The notes: generated by a model not told the origin, from the letters alone. Counted from the stretch's first letter, positions 28,630 through 38,308 are shown. The stretch: 64,000 nt of DNA from Myxococcota bacterium (GCA_036336835.1 JAYZFK010000005.1:53251-117250); one strand, 5' to 3'. Program-made: numbers and translations.

Positions 28630-29054
28630 GTACGGATGGTCTCGAGGCCGGTCGCGCCGCCCAGCCGGGGAAGCTCGTCGTCGATCCGCGTCCATTCCGA
28701 CCGGTCATCGAAGAAGATGTGGAGCTGGGGCTTGCGATCGATCTCGCCCTTCAAGTTTGCGAGCGGGATGTCGACCTCTTCGGGCCGCTGAGTCGACTCG
28801 CATAGCAGCGATGTTCCACAGCGCCCGCAGAAACTGCGAGATCCATGCGACGACGACTGGTAGCGAACGAGCTCCCGCTCGCCCGCGTCGATCGCGAGCT
28901 GGCCCCGAGGGAGCGCAATCCAGGTCACGTAGCCCGCCCCGTGGTTGCGCTGGCACATCGTGCAGTGGCAGTGGACGCACGCCGTGGTCGGCAGCTCGAT
29001 GTGGAACGCGACGGCGCCACAAAGGCACGCCCCCTCGATCTGGGACTCGCTCAT
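28626..29054 (-). CDS. GFA/CENP-V family Zn-binding protein
   Basis: GACLCG, CHCTMC, FCGRCGT and HIF motifs. Confidence 0.92.
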   Translation of the reverse strand: MSESQIEGACLCGAVAFHIELPTTACVHCHCTMCQRNHGAGYVTWIALPRGQLAIDAGERELVRYQSSSHGSRSFCGRCGTSLLCESTQRPEEVDIPLANLKGEIDRKPQLHIFFDDRSEWTRIDDELPRLGGATGLETIRT

Positions 29055-29217
29055 GGGCTGCAACCTCCTTTGGTTCGCGGTTCAATGTGCTCGATCGCCG
29101 AGTTCGTCAGAAACGGGAAAAACTCGGCGCCGAGCCAGGCCGCCCGATCGGTCGGATCGAAGCTCCCGTGTCGGCACGCCGAAGCCCGATGCGGACGAAG
29201 TCGGTCGCCGCGCCGGC

Positions 29218-29673
29218 TCACGATTCTCGCCCCGAGCGCAGCGCGATCAGCTGCTGCTTGGTGAGCTGCGGCAGATCGTCCGTGATCCCGAACCACGGTG
29301 CCCGCAGCTCGACGAAGATGTGCCTGTCGGGCTCCAATCCCGGATCGTCCTCCAGCAGACCGGCGGGAAGCTCGAACCATTCGGCGTCCGCCTCGGGATC
29401 GGGAACCGGCGAGCCGCAGCGACTGCAGAACGACGTGCGGTAGGGCGGAGGCCGCTCGACCCGCGGCAGCTCGAACCGTCGGATCAGCTCCGCCCCGGCG
29501 AGCAATCGATAGTCGTCCGCTCGGACTCCGAGACCCGCGACGAAGGCACTTCCCGAAGCCTTGCGGCAGCGGCTGCAGTGACAAAGCTCGAAGGGACCGA
29601 CCGCGCGCGCGACCTCGAAGCGCACACCACCGCACAGACAGGCGCCCCGGATCGTTGCCGCTGGCCTGGTCAT
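29218..29673 (-). CDS. GFA/CENP-V family Zn-binding protein (second paralog)
   Basis: GACLCG, CHCSRC, FCSRCGS and HIFV...APW motifs. Confidence 0.92.
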   Translation of the reverse strand: MTRPAATIRGACLCGGVRFEVARAVGPFELCHCSRCRKASGSAFVAGLGVRADDYRLLAGAELIRRFELPRVERPPPYRTSFCSRCGSPVPDPEADAEWFELPAGLLEDDPGLEPDRHIFVELRAPWFGITDDLPQLTKQQLIALRSGRES

Positions 29674-29707
29674 GCTCGCTCCCATCTTCATCATCGGTTC
29701 GACGCGT

Positions 29708-30367
29708 CTACACCCCAGCCACGCTCACCGTGTGGGCGAGCGCGAGCTGGGAGGCGAAGTAGGCCGGCAGTCCCCACGCTCCGTTCACGAAACCCGGAGC
29801 GACGAAGCGCTCTCGGGCGACCGAGATGTCGGACGCCGCGAAGCCCAGCGCCCCCAGCCCGAGCAGTGCGGGTCCACCCGAGAGTGAGGCCGCACCCGCG
29901 AACGCCAGCATTCCCGCGATCACCACGACGTAGGCCACGAGCGGCAGCGCGAAGTCGGCCGGAGCCTGGGGACGCAGCCAGCGATGGACTCCGAGCGCGC
30001 CGGCTGCCGCCAGGACGCCGCACACCAGCAGCCACGGTGCTTCGATCGCGAGCCGAGTACACGCGACCGCATAGGCAACGTGCCCGAGCAGGAACGCCCC
30101 GATCCCCAGCTGGAAGGTCTTCGTCCTCCCGGACGAGAGCAGGAGCGCATCGCCGACCCAGCAAAAGCCGAGCCCCACGAGCAGCCAGACGCCATAGCCG
30201 CTGTCCATCGCGCCCCACGCCAGTGCGGCCCACACGAAGGCCGACGACGCCGTGAGCTTGGCCGGCGCGCGAACCGCGGGGGAGTCGAACCACTCCGCCA
30301 CGAGCAGAGCCCCGACTGCCGCGGCGCACAGCACGACCGGGGCCCCGGACAAAGTCGTGTCATCCAT
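29708..30367 (-). CDS. Lysoplasmalogenase / YhhN family membrane protein
   Basis: GDALL, FLLGHVAY, F.ASD and YFASQ motifs. Multiple TMs. Confidence 0.88.
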   Translation of the reverse strand: MDDTTLSGAPVVLCAAAVGALLVAEWFDSPAVRAPAKLTASSAFVWAALAWGAMDSGYGVWLLVGLGFCWVGDALLLSSGRTKTFQLGIGAFLLGHVAYAVACTRLAIEAPWLLVCGVLAAAGALGVHRWLRPQAPADFALPLVAYVVVIAGMLAFAGAASLSGGPALLGLGALGFAASDISVARERFVAPGFVNGAWGLPAYFASQLALAHTVSVAGV

Positions 30368-30725
30368 GCGCGGCGGAGACCTCGTCGAGGTAGAAGAGGT
30401 TGCCATCGGGGTCGGCGAGCATTGCCATGAAGCCGCCCCAGGGCTGGCGAGTCGGCGGCATCGTGAAGACCACACCCGCGGCTACGAGCCGCGCGTAATC
30501 CGCCTCCAGATCCTTCGTCTCGAGCCCCACGCCCGTGTGGCAACCGACCAGCTCCGCCTGATCTTCGCCCGCGACAGCGAGCCCCAGGCGAATCGGCCCG
30601 GCGAGCAACGATGCGTAGCCGTGCGCGGGATCGGCCTGCTCCAGCGCCAGTCCGAGCGTCTGCCGATAGAACTCGCAGCTACGATCGAGATCCGTCACGA
30701 ACACGTTTACGTAGGCGATATCCAT
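30360..30725 (-). CDS. VOC/glyoxalase family protein
   Basis: V.DLDRS..FY..TLG and QPWGG..A...DPDGN motifs. Confidence 0.92.
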   Translation of the reverse strand: MDIAYVNVFVTDLDRSCEFYRQTLGLALEQADPAHGYASLLAGPIRLGLAVAGEDQAELVGCHTGVGLETKDLEADYARLVAAGVVFTMPPTRQPWGGFMAMLADPDGNLFYLDEVSAAHG

Positions 30726-30805
30726 GTCCCGGCGCTCGCTCGCTTTCGGGCCTCAGCATCTCACGGCGAGCGCGTCCGGCCAAGCGCCACGTCGCGCAGC
30801 TCGCA

Positions 30806-30988
30806 CTACCGAGCCAGCCAGACGACCGACCGCATCACTTCGACCGCCGGCTCGACGCCCGCGACCGACAAGCGCGCGACGAAGCGCTCGGGCCACTTCC
30901 GGCCGTGCGCGGAATCGCGCGTCCTCGCCAGAAACGCCGGAGCGCTCTCATCGTAGGTCGTCTGCGTGGTTCGTGCGTCGTCGGGCAC
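30806..30988 (-). pseudogene. Possible internally deleted methyltransferase remnant
   Basis: TTYDESAPAF...ERFVARL resembles a class I MTase N-terminus, but no SAM motif follows. Only 60 codons. Confidence 0.35.
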
Positions 30989-31006
30989 GGTGAGAATCCG
31001 ACGCGC

Positions 31007-31348
31007 TCAGGCAAGCAAGGCGCGCGTGATCATGCGGTGGACGAAGAACCCGACGGGCAGTGCCGCACAACCGAGCGCATACGCCTGCCAGAACGAGAGC
31101 CCGAGCCGATCCGAGAACAGGAATGGGAGGAAGAATGTCAGGCTGACAGGAATGGCGACGAAGATGCTCCTGGCGAGCAGGATCGAAGCCGCGGCGTCGG
31201 CGTGCTCTCGATAGGACAGCGGCAGCACGAGCAGGGTTGCAAGCGGCAGCGCCACGATGAAGCCCGCGAGCGTGGGAAAGCGACCAGACAGCCAGGAGGC
31301 AAAGCTGACGACGACAGCCGTGACCAGGATGTTGAGTACGAACAGCAA
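31007..31348 (-). CDS. Small 4-TM membrane protein (DUF3147-like)
   Basis: S.RFP.LAGFI.ALPL pattern with four hydrophobic helices. Confidence 0.7.
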   Translation of the reverse strand: MLFVLNILVTAVVVSFASWLSGRFPTLAGFIVALPLATLLVLPLSYREHADAAASILLARSIFVAIPVSLTFFLPFLFSDRLGLSFWQAYALGCAALPVGFFVHRMITRALLA

Positions 31349-31441
31349 GTCAGATCCTCCTCCGGCGACACGATCGGAGCCCAGAGCGACTCGATCCCGC
31401 GGATCGATCAGAGCCAGTGCTCGGCGAGCCGGTCCCCTCTC

Positions 31442-31993
31442 TCAGACGGGCAGGTCGGCTCGGGTGAAGATCGCTTCGAGCGTGACACCGCGCTCGGCGA
31501 ACGCCTCGGCGGCGCCTTCTCCTCGCTCGACCAGGCACAGCACGCGTGCGACCTTGCCGCCAGCCCGCTCGACGATCTCGAGCGCCTCGAGCGTCGAACC
31601 GCCGGTGGTGGTCGTATCCTCGACCAGGGCCACCGTCTGGCCCTGGGCAAAAGCGCCCTCGATCTGCTTTCCCATGCCGTGCTTCTTGGCCGCCTTGCGC
31701 ACGAAGAAGCCGAGCAGCGGCGTTGCGGGGTCGGCTTCGGCAGCGGCGGCGAGCACGGCCGAGACATAGGGCACGGCCCCGACGGCCATTCCGCCCACGG
31801 CGTCGATGCTCGGGCCGCTCTGCAACCTCTCGTAGGTGAGCGCACCGGCGAGTCGCAAGCCGAGCGGACGCATCAGCGTGGTGCGCAGGTCGAGATAGAA
31901 GTCGCTCTGCTTGCCGCTCGAGAGCGTCACCTTGCGACGTTCGAACGACACGTCGAGGATCAGATCGAGCAGTTGCTGTCGCGGCGTACTCAA
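31442..31993 (-). CDS. pyrE: Orotate phosphoribosyltransferase
   Basis: LSSGKQSDFYLD, VRK..K.HG and the PRPP loop LVEDTTTTGGS. Confidence 0.96.
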   Translation of the reverse strand: MSTPRQQLLDLILDVSFERRKVTLSSGKQSDFYLDLRTTLMRPLGLRLAGALTYERLQSGPSIDAVGGMAVGAVPYVSAVLAAAAEADPATPLLGFFVRKAAKKHGMGKQIEGAFAQGQTVALVEDTTTTGGSTLEALEIVERAGGKVARVLCLVERGEGAAEAFAERGVTLEAIFTRADLPV

Positions 31994-32014
31994 GTTGACT
32001 CCACAGGTGGAGAG

Positions 32015-33193
32015 CTAGCCCTTGCGCACCCCGAGCATCGTCTCGGCGATGATCCGGGTGTGGAGCTCGCTCGTCCCTTCTCCGAATTCGAGGCTCTTGG
32101 CCTCCAGCAGCAGGCGACCGATCTCGTACTCGGCAGTACACGAGTAGCCGCCGAAGATCTGCATGCCATCGAGAGCGTTCTGCACCGCAGCCTGGCTCGC
32201 CAGCAGCTTCGCCATCGAGCTCTCCATGCTACATCGGGCGATGCCGCGGTCCTTCATCCTGCCGAGCTGGTAGACGACGAGCCGCGCCTGCTGCGTGCGG
32301 CACACCATGTCCGTGACCTTCTGCTGGATCAGCTGGAACTCGCCGATCTTGCGATCGAAGGCCTCGCGTTCGCCCGCGTAGGGCACTGCCAGGTCGATGC
32401 AACGCTGCGCCTGGCCCACACAGCGCGCGGCCACCGAGAAGCGCCCCATGTCGAGCGCCGAGCCCAGGATCGGGAAGCCCTCGTACTCTTCGCCCAGCAA
32501 GGCCTCGCTGGGCACGAAGGCGTCCTCGAAGTGCACCTCGGCGAGGTTGTCGCGCTTGAGCGTGCGCATCGGGAAGTCAGAGAGCTTGATGCCCGGGTTG
32601 TTGCGCGGATCGACCAGGAAGGCCGTGACACCCTTGTGCTTGCGCTCGCGGTCGAGCGTCGCAACCACGAAGAACAGTCCCGCGTGGGCTGCGTGTGAGA
32701 TGAACACCTTCGTTCCGTTCAGCAGGTAGCCACCGTCGACTCGCTCTGCGGTCGACCGCATGTTTCCGAGGTCGGTACCGCCGCCGGGCTCGGTCAGACA
32801 GGCCGAGCAGAGGATATCGCCAGCCGCAATCCCGGGGAGCCAACGCTGCTTCTGCTCCTCGGTTCCGAAGCGGTCGATCGAGCCGCCGCACAGCGAGTTG
32901 GCGACCGAGACCACCGAGGCTGTCACCCAATCGACCCGTGCCAGCTCCTCGCAGATCACACCGTAGGTGAGCACGTCGCTGAACGACCCGCCGAATTCCT
33001 CTGGGATCAGGGGGCCCAGCAGCCCCAGCGGCGGCAGCTTGGCGATCAGCTCGAGCGGGTAGCGTTCCTCGCGCTCGTGCTCTTCGACGTAGGGAAGGAT
33101 CTCGGCCTCGGCGAATTCCCGCACCTGCTGACGCACCAGCCGCTGCTCGTCCGTCAGGTCGAAATCCATCATTCGATCCAGGGGGGTACTCAT
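32015..33193 (-). CDS. Acyl-CoA dehydrogenase
   Basis: LTEPGGGTD, NGTKVFIS, R.AF..KIGEFQLIQ, QIFGGY and EGTSE motifs. Confidence 0.95.
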   Translation of the reverse strand: MSTPLDRMMDFDLTDEQRLVRQQVREFAEAEILPYVEEHEREERYPLELIAKLPPLGLLGPLIPEEFGGSFSDVLTYGVICEELARVDWVTASVVSVANSLCGGSIDRFGTEEQKQRWLPGIAAGDILCSACLTEPGGGTDLGNMRSTAERVDGGYLLNGTKVFISHAAHAGLFFVVATLDRERKHKGVTAFLVDPRNNPGIKLSDFPMRTLKRDNLAEVHFEDAFVPSEALLGEEYEGFPILGSALDMGRFSVAARCVGQAQRCIDLAVPYAGEREAFDRKIGEFQLIQQKVTDMVCRTQQARLVVYQLGRMKDRGIARCSMESSMAKLLASQAAVQNALDGMQIFGGYSCTAEYEIGRLLLEAKSLEFGEGTSELHTRIIAETMLGVRKG

Positions 33194-33297
33194 GACCGCT
33201 CCTGGCCCGGAGGCCGCAGTGGGAATGGAGTCGCCCGACCGTCCGGAGCCGGCAACCCAGCCGAGCTTAGCTCGCCGAGCGGCGCGCAGAGGCAGGC

Positions 33298-33326
33298 TGG
33301 ACGCTCGGGTGCCCCTCTCCTACTCT
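33298..33326 (+). promoter_or_regulatory. Sigma-70-like promoter for the small basic protein gene
   Basis: TGGACG-N17-TACTCT, 47 bp upstream of the ATG. Confidence 0.5.
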
Positions 33327-33373
33327 GCGTCCCCCTCGGGCCGCCCCGGCGCGGGCGCGACCAGGAGTCGGCG

Positions 33374-33505
33374 ATGAAGAAGGTGAAGGGGCTCGCGCAC
33401 CGCAAGCGCGGCAAGAAGAGCGCGCACGCGAAGGCCAAGCGCAAGGCGAAGCTGCGCCGCGCTCGCCGCCGCCAGACCCACGGCGAGCGCAGCACCTATC
33501 GCTGA
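33374..33505 (+). CDS. Small, highly basic protein (43 aa), unknown function
   Basis: AGGAG RBS. MKKVKGLAHRKRGKKSAHAKAKRKAKLRRARRRQTHGERSTYR. All Lys codons are AAG and all Arg codons are CGC. Confidence 0.8.
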   Translation: MKKVKGLAHRKRGKKSAHAKAKRKAKLRRARRRQTHGERSTYR

Positions 33506-33530
33506 TACGCGGCGTGGCGGCGTCGCGGCG

Positions 33531-34418
33531 TCAGCCCGTCTGGACTGCATCGGCCAGGGCGTCGATCGAGCGCGCCAGTGCATCGTCGATCGCGCGCTCC
33601 CAGCGCCTCAGATCGTCGGTCGCCGCAGCCTCTGGAAACAGCACCGCGCGCGACGAGCTAACGACGCCGCCCTCGAGCCCAGACGGCCCGGGCACGAAGC
33701 CGCGCACGGCGTCCCGCGCCCCACCGCCCTGTGCGCCGTAGCCCGGGACCAGGAAGAACGCGTTCGGCAGCTGCTTGCGCACGGCCTCGTGCTGCTCGGG
33801 CCAGGTCGCCCCCACCACCACGCCGAGCGACGACCAGCCGGTGTCGGGCCCCCTCAGGCGCTCGCAGAGCGGTGCGAGCGAGGCTGCAACCCGCTCGTAA
33901 ACAGCGGTGCCCTCGACCGCGAGGTCCTGGAGATCGCCCGATCCGGGATTGCTGGTCCGGGAGAGCACCACGAGACCCCGCCCGTTCGCCTCCGCGGCCG
34001 CGGCAAAGGGCTCGAGGGTGTCGAGCCCGAGGTACGGACTCAGGGTGATGGCATCGACCTCGATCGGGGCATCCGCAGCCAGATAGGCCGCAACATAGCC
34101 TTCGGCAGTGGAGCCGATGTCGCCGCGCTTCGCATCGAGCAGCACCAGCAGCCCGGCCTCGCGCGCGCGCTTCACGATGGTGTCGAGCGCACGCATCCCC
34201 TGCCAGCCGAGCTGCTCGAAGAAGGCGATCTGCGGCTTCACGACCGCCACCCGGCCCGCCGCGCGCTCGACGATTGCACAGCCGAAGGCCTCGACGGCCT
34301 GCGCGGTGCCGCGCGGTCCGAACAAGGTCGGGACCCGATCCAGATGGGGATCGATTCCGACGCACAGCGGGCTTCCGAGCGCACGCAGGCGCGAGATCAA
34401 CGCATCTCCGAAGTGCAC
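33531..34418 (-). CDS. pyrF: Orotidine-5'-phosphate decarboxylase (subfamily 2)
   Basis: LCVGIDP, KPQIAFFE, DAKRGDIGST and LVPGYGAQGG motifs. Confidence 0.96.
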   Translation of the reverse strand: MHFGDALISRLRALGSPLCVGIDPHLDRVPTLFGPRGTAQAVEAFGCAIVERAAGRVAVVKPQIAFFEQLGWQGMRALDTIVKRAREAGLLVLLDAKRGDIGSTAEGYVAAYLAADAPIEVDAITLSPYLGLDTLEPFAAAAEANGRGLVVLSRTSNPGSGDLQDLAVEGTAVYERVAASLAPLCERLRGPDTGWSSLGVVVGATWPEQHEAVRKQLPNAFFLVPGYGAQGGGARDAVRGFVPGPSGLEGGVVSSSRAVLFPEAAATDDLRRWERAIDDALARSIDALADAVQTG

Positions 34419-34509
34419 GGGCCCGAGTGTAGAAGATCGGGCGGTCGACGTATCCTGGCGGCGATCTCGTTCGTCGAAGGAGTAGAGGCTGACGCAAGGA
34501 GGGCCCGCC

Positions 34510-35511
34510 GTGGCCAAGTTCGAGCTCGCGGATGAATCGCGCAACGACGCGCGCGCTGCCTGGCACCGCTACCTCGCGCACGTCGCCCCATTTCGTCCCG
34601 AGCTGCACCGCTATTGCCGGAAGCTCACCGGAGAGATCTGGGACGCCGAGGATCTGGTGCAGGACACGCTGCTCCGAGGCTTCGGCACCCTGGGCTCGAT
34701 CCACCAGCGCATCGCCAACCCGCGCGGCTACCTGATCCGCATCGCCACCAACCTGTGGGTGGACGCCCAACGACGGCGCGGTGCCGAGACACGCGCCCTC
34801 GCGAGAGCCGTCGAACCGCCCGGGGCCGACGCGCCCCCGCCGGCACATGCAACCGACGTCCGCGAGGCTGGGACCGTGCTCATGCAACAGCTCTCGCCCC
34901 AGGAACGGGCCGCGTTCCTGATGAAGGATGTCTTCGACATGAGCCTGGCCGAGATCGCTGAAGCACTCGGCACCAGCGTCGGAGCCGTCAAGGCCGCGCT
35001 CCACCGCGGTCGCGGCCGCCTCGAGCCCGGCGATGCCGCCGCCAGCTCGCCGCGACCCACTCCACCCGCGGAACTGGTCGACCGCTTCGTCGAACGCCTC
35101 GCCGCGTCGGACCTGCCCGGCCTGCTCGAGCTGATGGCCGACACGGGTGTGGTCGAAACCGTGGGGTCCCTACTCGAGGTGGGCAGGGATCAATTCGAGC
35201 GCGAAGGCAGCTGGCTGTGGCAGTCGGTTCACGTGCACCCGGATCTGCCCCCGGAGCAGCGACCGCCGAAGTGGCGCCCCGAGAGCGGACGCTTCCGGGG
35301 CGAGCCCGTGATGCTGTCGTTCTCGCCCTTCCAGGGAGAGGATTGGCTCCAGTCGATTACGCGCTTCGAGGAGCAGGACGGTCGCATCGGGCGCATCCGC
35401 GCCTACTACTTCTGCCCGGAGACGATGCGCGAGGTCGCTCAGCAGCTCGGCCACAAGGCGGGTCACGTGCTCTACCACTTCCCGTTCGACGCGCTCGCCG
35501 CAAGGGACTGA
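34510..35511 (+). CDS. ECF sigma factor with C-terminal SnoaL-like extension
   Basis: DAEDLVQD (region 2) and EIAEALGTSVGAVKAALHRGR (region 4), followed by a ~130-aa LVDRFVE...IRAYYFCP extension. Confidence 0.9.
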   Translation: MAKFELADESRNDARAAWHRYLAHVAPFRPELHRYCRKLTGEIWDAEDLVQDTLLRGFGTLGSIHQRIANPRGYLIRIATNLWVDAQRRRGAETRALARAVEPPGADAPPPAHATDVREAGTVLMQQLSPQERAAFLMKDVFDMSLAEIAEALGTSVGAVKAALHRGRGRLEPGDAAASSPRPTPPAELVDRFVERLAASDLPGLLELMADTGVVETVGSLLEVGRDQFEREGSWLWQSVHVHPDLPPEQRPPKWRPESGRFRGEPVMLSFSPFQGEDWLQSITRFEEQDGRIGRIRAYYFCPETMREVAQQLGHKAGHVLYHFPFDALAARD

Positions 35512-35534
35512 GACCATCGGAGCCGGATGATCTG

Positions 35535-36953
35535 TCAGTGGTCGTCGACGGCTGGCGAAGCGCGACGCCGCAGGCGCAGCAACAGCACCCCCAGCACGAT
35601 CGTCGCCGCGGCGGCGGCGATCAACACCCACGCTGCCCGTCCATCGGGTGCTCGTCGCTCGGCGGTGCTGCGCCCCCACTCGTGAGCATCGATGAAGGCC
35701 GAGAGTCGGCCGAGAGCAGTCTCCGCGCTCGGAGTCAGCGGGCGGAGCAGCAGATCTTCGCTCTCGTGCGGGTCGGCGACCAGATCGTAGAGCTCTTGGC
35801 GAGAGCCGAGCGTCCGGATCAGCTTGTAACGCGCACCGCGTGCCGCGCGCGCATACACGTTCAGGTCTGGCGGCCCCCCGTTCGGCCGGAACCAGCTCGT
35901 GTACACCATGCTCCGGCCCGGTGCGGCAGCGTCCGCGAGCTGGGGAGCGAACGACACCGAGTCGTCCGCGGTCGCGCTACTCCTCACCAGCTCTGCGATC
36001 GTTGCGAACAGATCGGTCGCCTGCACCAGCGCGCCGGACTCGGCTCCCCGGTTGGCAGCGGGCACGTCGGCGCCGGCGACGATCAGCGGCACCCGCACCC
36101 CCCCCTGGTAGACGCTGCGCTTCCCGTGCTCGGAGTCGAACGGCGGCTCGATGACTTGCGCGTAGCTGCCGTTGTCGCCCATCACGATGATGGTCGTATC
36201 GGAGTCCACGGCGGCGAGCACCCGCGCGAGCTCCGTATCCACGGCCTCCAACATCGCGGCGTAGACCTCCGGGAACGTCGCACCAACGAGGTCTCCCCGA
36301 GTGTGGAGCCGAGACGGCGGTGCGTGGAGCGGGAGATGAGGCGAGTTGAACGACAGCCACACGAACCACGGCCGCGTCTGCGCCTCGATCCACGCGATCG
36401 CGTCGTTGGCCGTGTCGGTGGTCGCGTACGTCGACTGCCTGCGCTGGTCGACTCCGTCGATGAACTTGCGCCAGTTCCAGTAGCCGCCCGGTCCGACGTT
36501 CGACCGCGACCCGCGATGCGTGTCGAAGCCGAGGTTCAGCGGATGCTCGGGATCGTGCTCGAGGTGCCATTTTCCGATCGCAGCCGTGGCATAGCCCGCT
36601 TCGCCCAGCACATCGGCGATCGTGAGCTCGTCGGTATCCAGCCCCGGGCCCGGCGGGATCCCCTTGCCCAGACCCGTCAGCTCCGCTCGTCGCCCCGTCA
36701 GTGCTGCCGCTCGTGTCGGCGAGCAGGCGGGGTTCGCCCAGGCGTTGCGAAACAGCACGCCCTGCCGCGCGAGCGCGTCGAGGGTCGGCGTCGGCGGAGG
36801 CTCGGGCGCTTCCGCGTAGGCGCCGACCTTGTCGACGCCTACGTCGTCGAGCAGGACGATGAGGTAGTTCGCCGGGAACGCCGGAAACGGGGCGACCGCG
36901 AGCATCAGCGCGACGAAGGCCCGACAAGGAAGGGCGACCCGGTGATTCGGCAC
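35535..36953 (-). CDS. Sulfatase (Cys-type), secreted, with C-terminal membrane anchor
   Basis: LLDDVG, CSPTR formylglycine motif, GKWH, PHLP.H and GDNG. C-terminal TM followed by RLRRR. Confidence 0.92.
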   Translation of the reverse strand: MPNHRVALPCRAFVALMLAVAPFPAFPANYLIVLLDDVGVDKVGAYAEAPEPPPTPTLDALARQGVLFRNAWANPACSPTRAAALTGRRAELTGLGKGIPPGPGLDTDELTIADVLGEAGYATAAIGKWHLEHDPEHPLNLGFDTHRGSRSNVGPGGYWNWRKFIDGVDQRRQSTYATTDTANDAIAWIEAQTRPWFVWLSFNSPHLPLHAPPSRLHTRGDLVGATFPEVYAAMLEAVDTELARVLAAVDSDTTIIVMGDNGSYAQVIEPPFDSEHGKRSVYQGGVRVPLIVAGADVPAANRGAESGALVQATDLFATIAELVRSSATADDSVSFAPQLADAAAPGRSMVYTSWFRPNGGPPDLNVYARAARGARYKLIRTLGSRQELYDLVADPHESEDLLLRPLTPSAETALGRLSAFIDAHEWGRSTAERRAPDGRAAWVLIAAAAATIVLGVLLLRLRRRASPAVDDH

Positions 36954-37034
36954 CCGTTTCACGGCCTCCCCGCGACGAACTGGCTCGAGCAGACGCGTCC
37001 GTGGGGCGCGAAGTGTAGCGGCTATGCTGGCGCA

Positions 37035-38168
37035 ATGGCCGACGCGCTCTCGTTCCACTTGAAATCGTCGTCCGGCGACGCGCGTGCCGGGATCGTGACG
37101 ACGCCGCACGGCCGCTTCGAGACGCCAGCGTTCATGCCCGTAGGCACGCACGGCGCGGTGAAGGCGTTGACGCCGGAGCAGGTGCGCGCGACGGGCTCCG
37201 AGATCGTGCTCGCCAACACCTATCATCTGGCATTACAGCCGGGCGAAGGGCTGGTCGAGAAGCTGGGCGGGCTGCACGGCTTCATGCGCTGGGACGGCCC
37301 CATCCTTACAGACAGCGGCGGCTTCCAGGTGTTTTCGCTGCCCTCGACCGAGATCAGCGACCGGGGCGTGCGTTTCAAGAACGAGGTTACCGGCGAGGCG
37401 ATGGACCTCACGCCAGAACGCGCGATCGAGATCCAGAACGCGCTCGGCGCGGACATCATCATGGCCTTCGACGAGTGCACACCCTACCCGGCGACCAGAG
37501 AGCTTGCATCGACCGGCGTCCGGCGGACACTGTCCTGGATCGAACGGTGCCTGCGCGCCCACCGGCGAAGCGACGATCAGGCGCTGTTCGGGATCGTGCA
37601 GGGCAGCGTATATCCCGAGCTGCGAAACGCCTGCGCGCAGTCGCTGGTCGCGCTCGATCTGCCCGGCTACGCGATCGGCGGTGTTTCGGTCGGCGAGGGA
37701 CACGAGCTGCTGTGCGACGTCACCTCGCAGACGGCGCCGCTGCTTCCGGAGAGCAAGCCCCGCTACCTGATGGGCGTGGGCCTGCCACACGATTTGCTCG
37801 CCGCCATCGGTTACGGCATCGACCTGTTCGACTGCGTGATCCCAACTCGCTATGCGCGCTCGGCCACCGTTTTCACGGTGCGAGGGCGGATTCGCCTCAC
37901 CAACCGCCGCTACCGCCGCGACGGCTACCCGATCGATCCCTCCTGCGACTGCGAGACCTGCTGCGGTGGCTTCTCGCGCGCCTATCTGCACCATTTGTTC
38001 GCGGCAAACGAGGTGCTCTCAGCCATCCTGTGCGCGGCCCACAATGTCCGTTTCTACCAGCGGCTGATGCAGCGCGCGAGAGAGGCGATCGTCACCGGCA
38101 GCTACGCGGCGTTCCACCGGGACTTCCTCGAGGAGTACGGGGCGCAAGATCACCGCAAGCAAGGCTGA
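37035..38168 (+). CDS. tgt: tRNA-guanine transglycosylase
   Basis: TPAFMPVGT, TDSGGFQVFSL, FDEC, GGVSVGE, FDCVIPTR and the Zn site CDCETC...HN. Confidence 0.97.
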   Translation: MADALSFHLKSSSGDARAGIVTTPHGRFETPAFMPVGTHGAVKALTPEQVRATGSEIVLANTYHLALQPGEGLVEKLGGLHGFMRWDGPILTDSGGFQVFSLPSTEISDRGVRFKNEVTGEAMDLTPERAIEIQNALGADIIMAFDECTPYPATRELASTGVRRTLSWIERCLRAHRRSDDQALFGIVQGSVYPELRNACAQSLVALDLPGYAIGGVSVGEGHELLCDVTSQTAPLLPESKPRYLMGVGLPHDLLAAIGYGIDLFDCVIPTRYARSATVFTVRGRIRLTNRRYRRDGYPIDPSCDCETCCGGFSRAYLHHLFAANEVLSAILCAAHNVRFYQRLMQRAREAIVTGSYAAFHRDFLEEYGAQDHRKQG

Positions 38169-38308
38169 GAGGCGCTGCAACCGGCCCTCGGCTCAACAAC
38201 TGGAGATCGATCTCGAGCGCGCTCACCGCGACAGACCCGACCGGCGGCGCGCTGGTTGGCGGAGTCCACAGCGCCGAGAGCAAGAACGTCATCATGGCCG
38301 ACGCTGAA

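Noticed and set aside
35217..37034. Apparent long N-terminal extension on Tgt (983 aa)
   Set aside because: Antisense shadow of the sulfatase. Tgt homology begins at ATG 37035.
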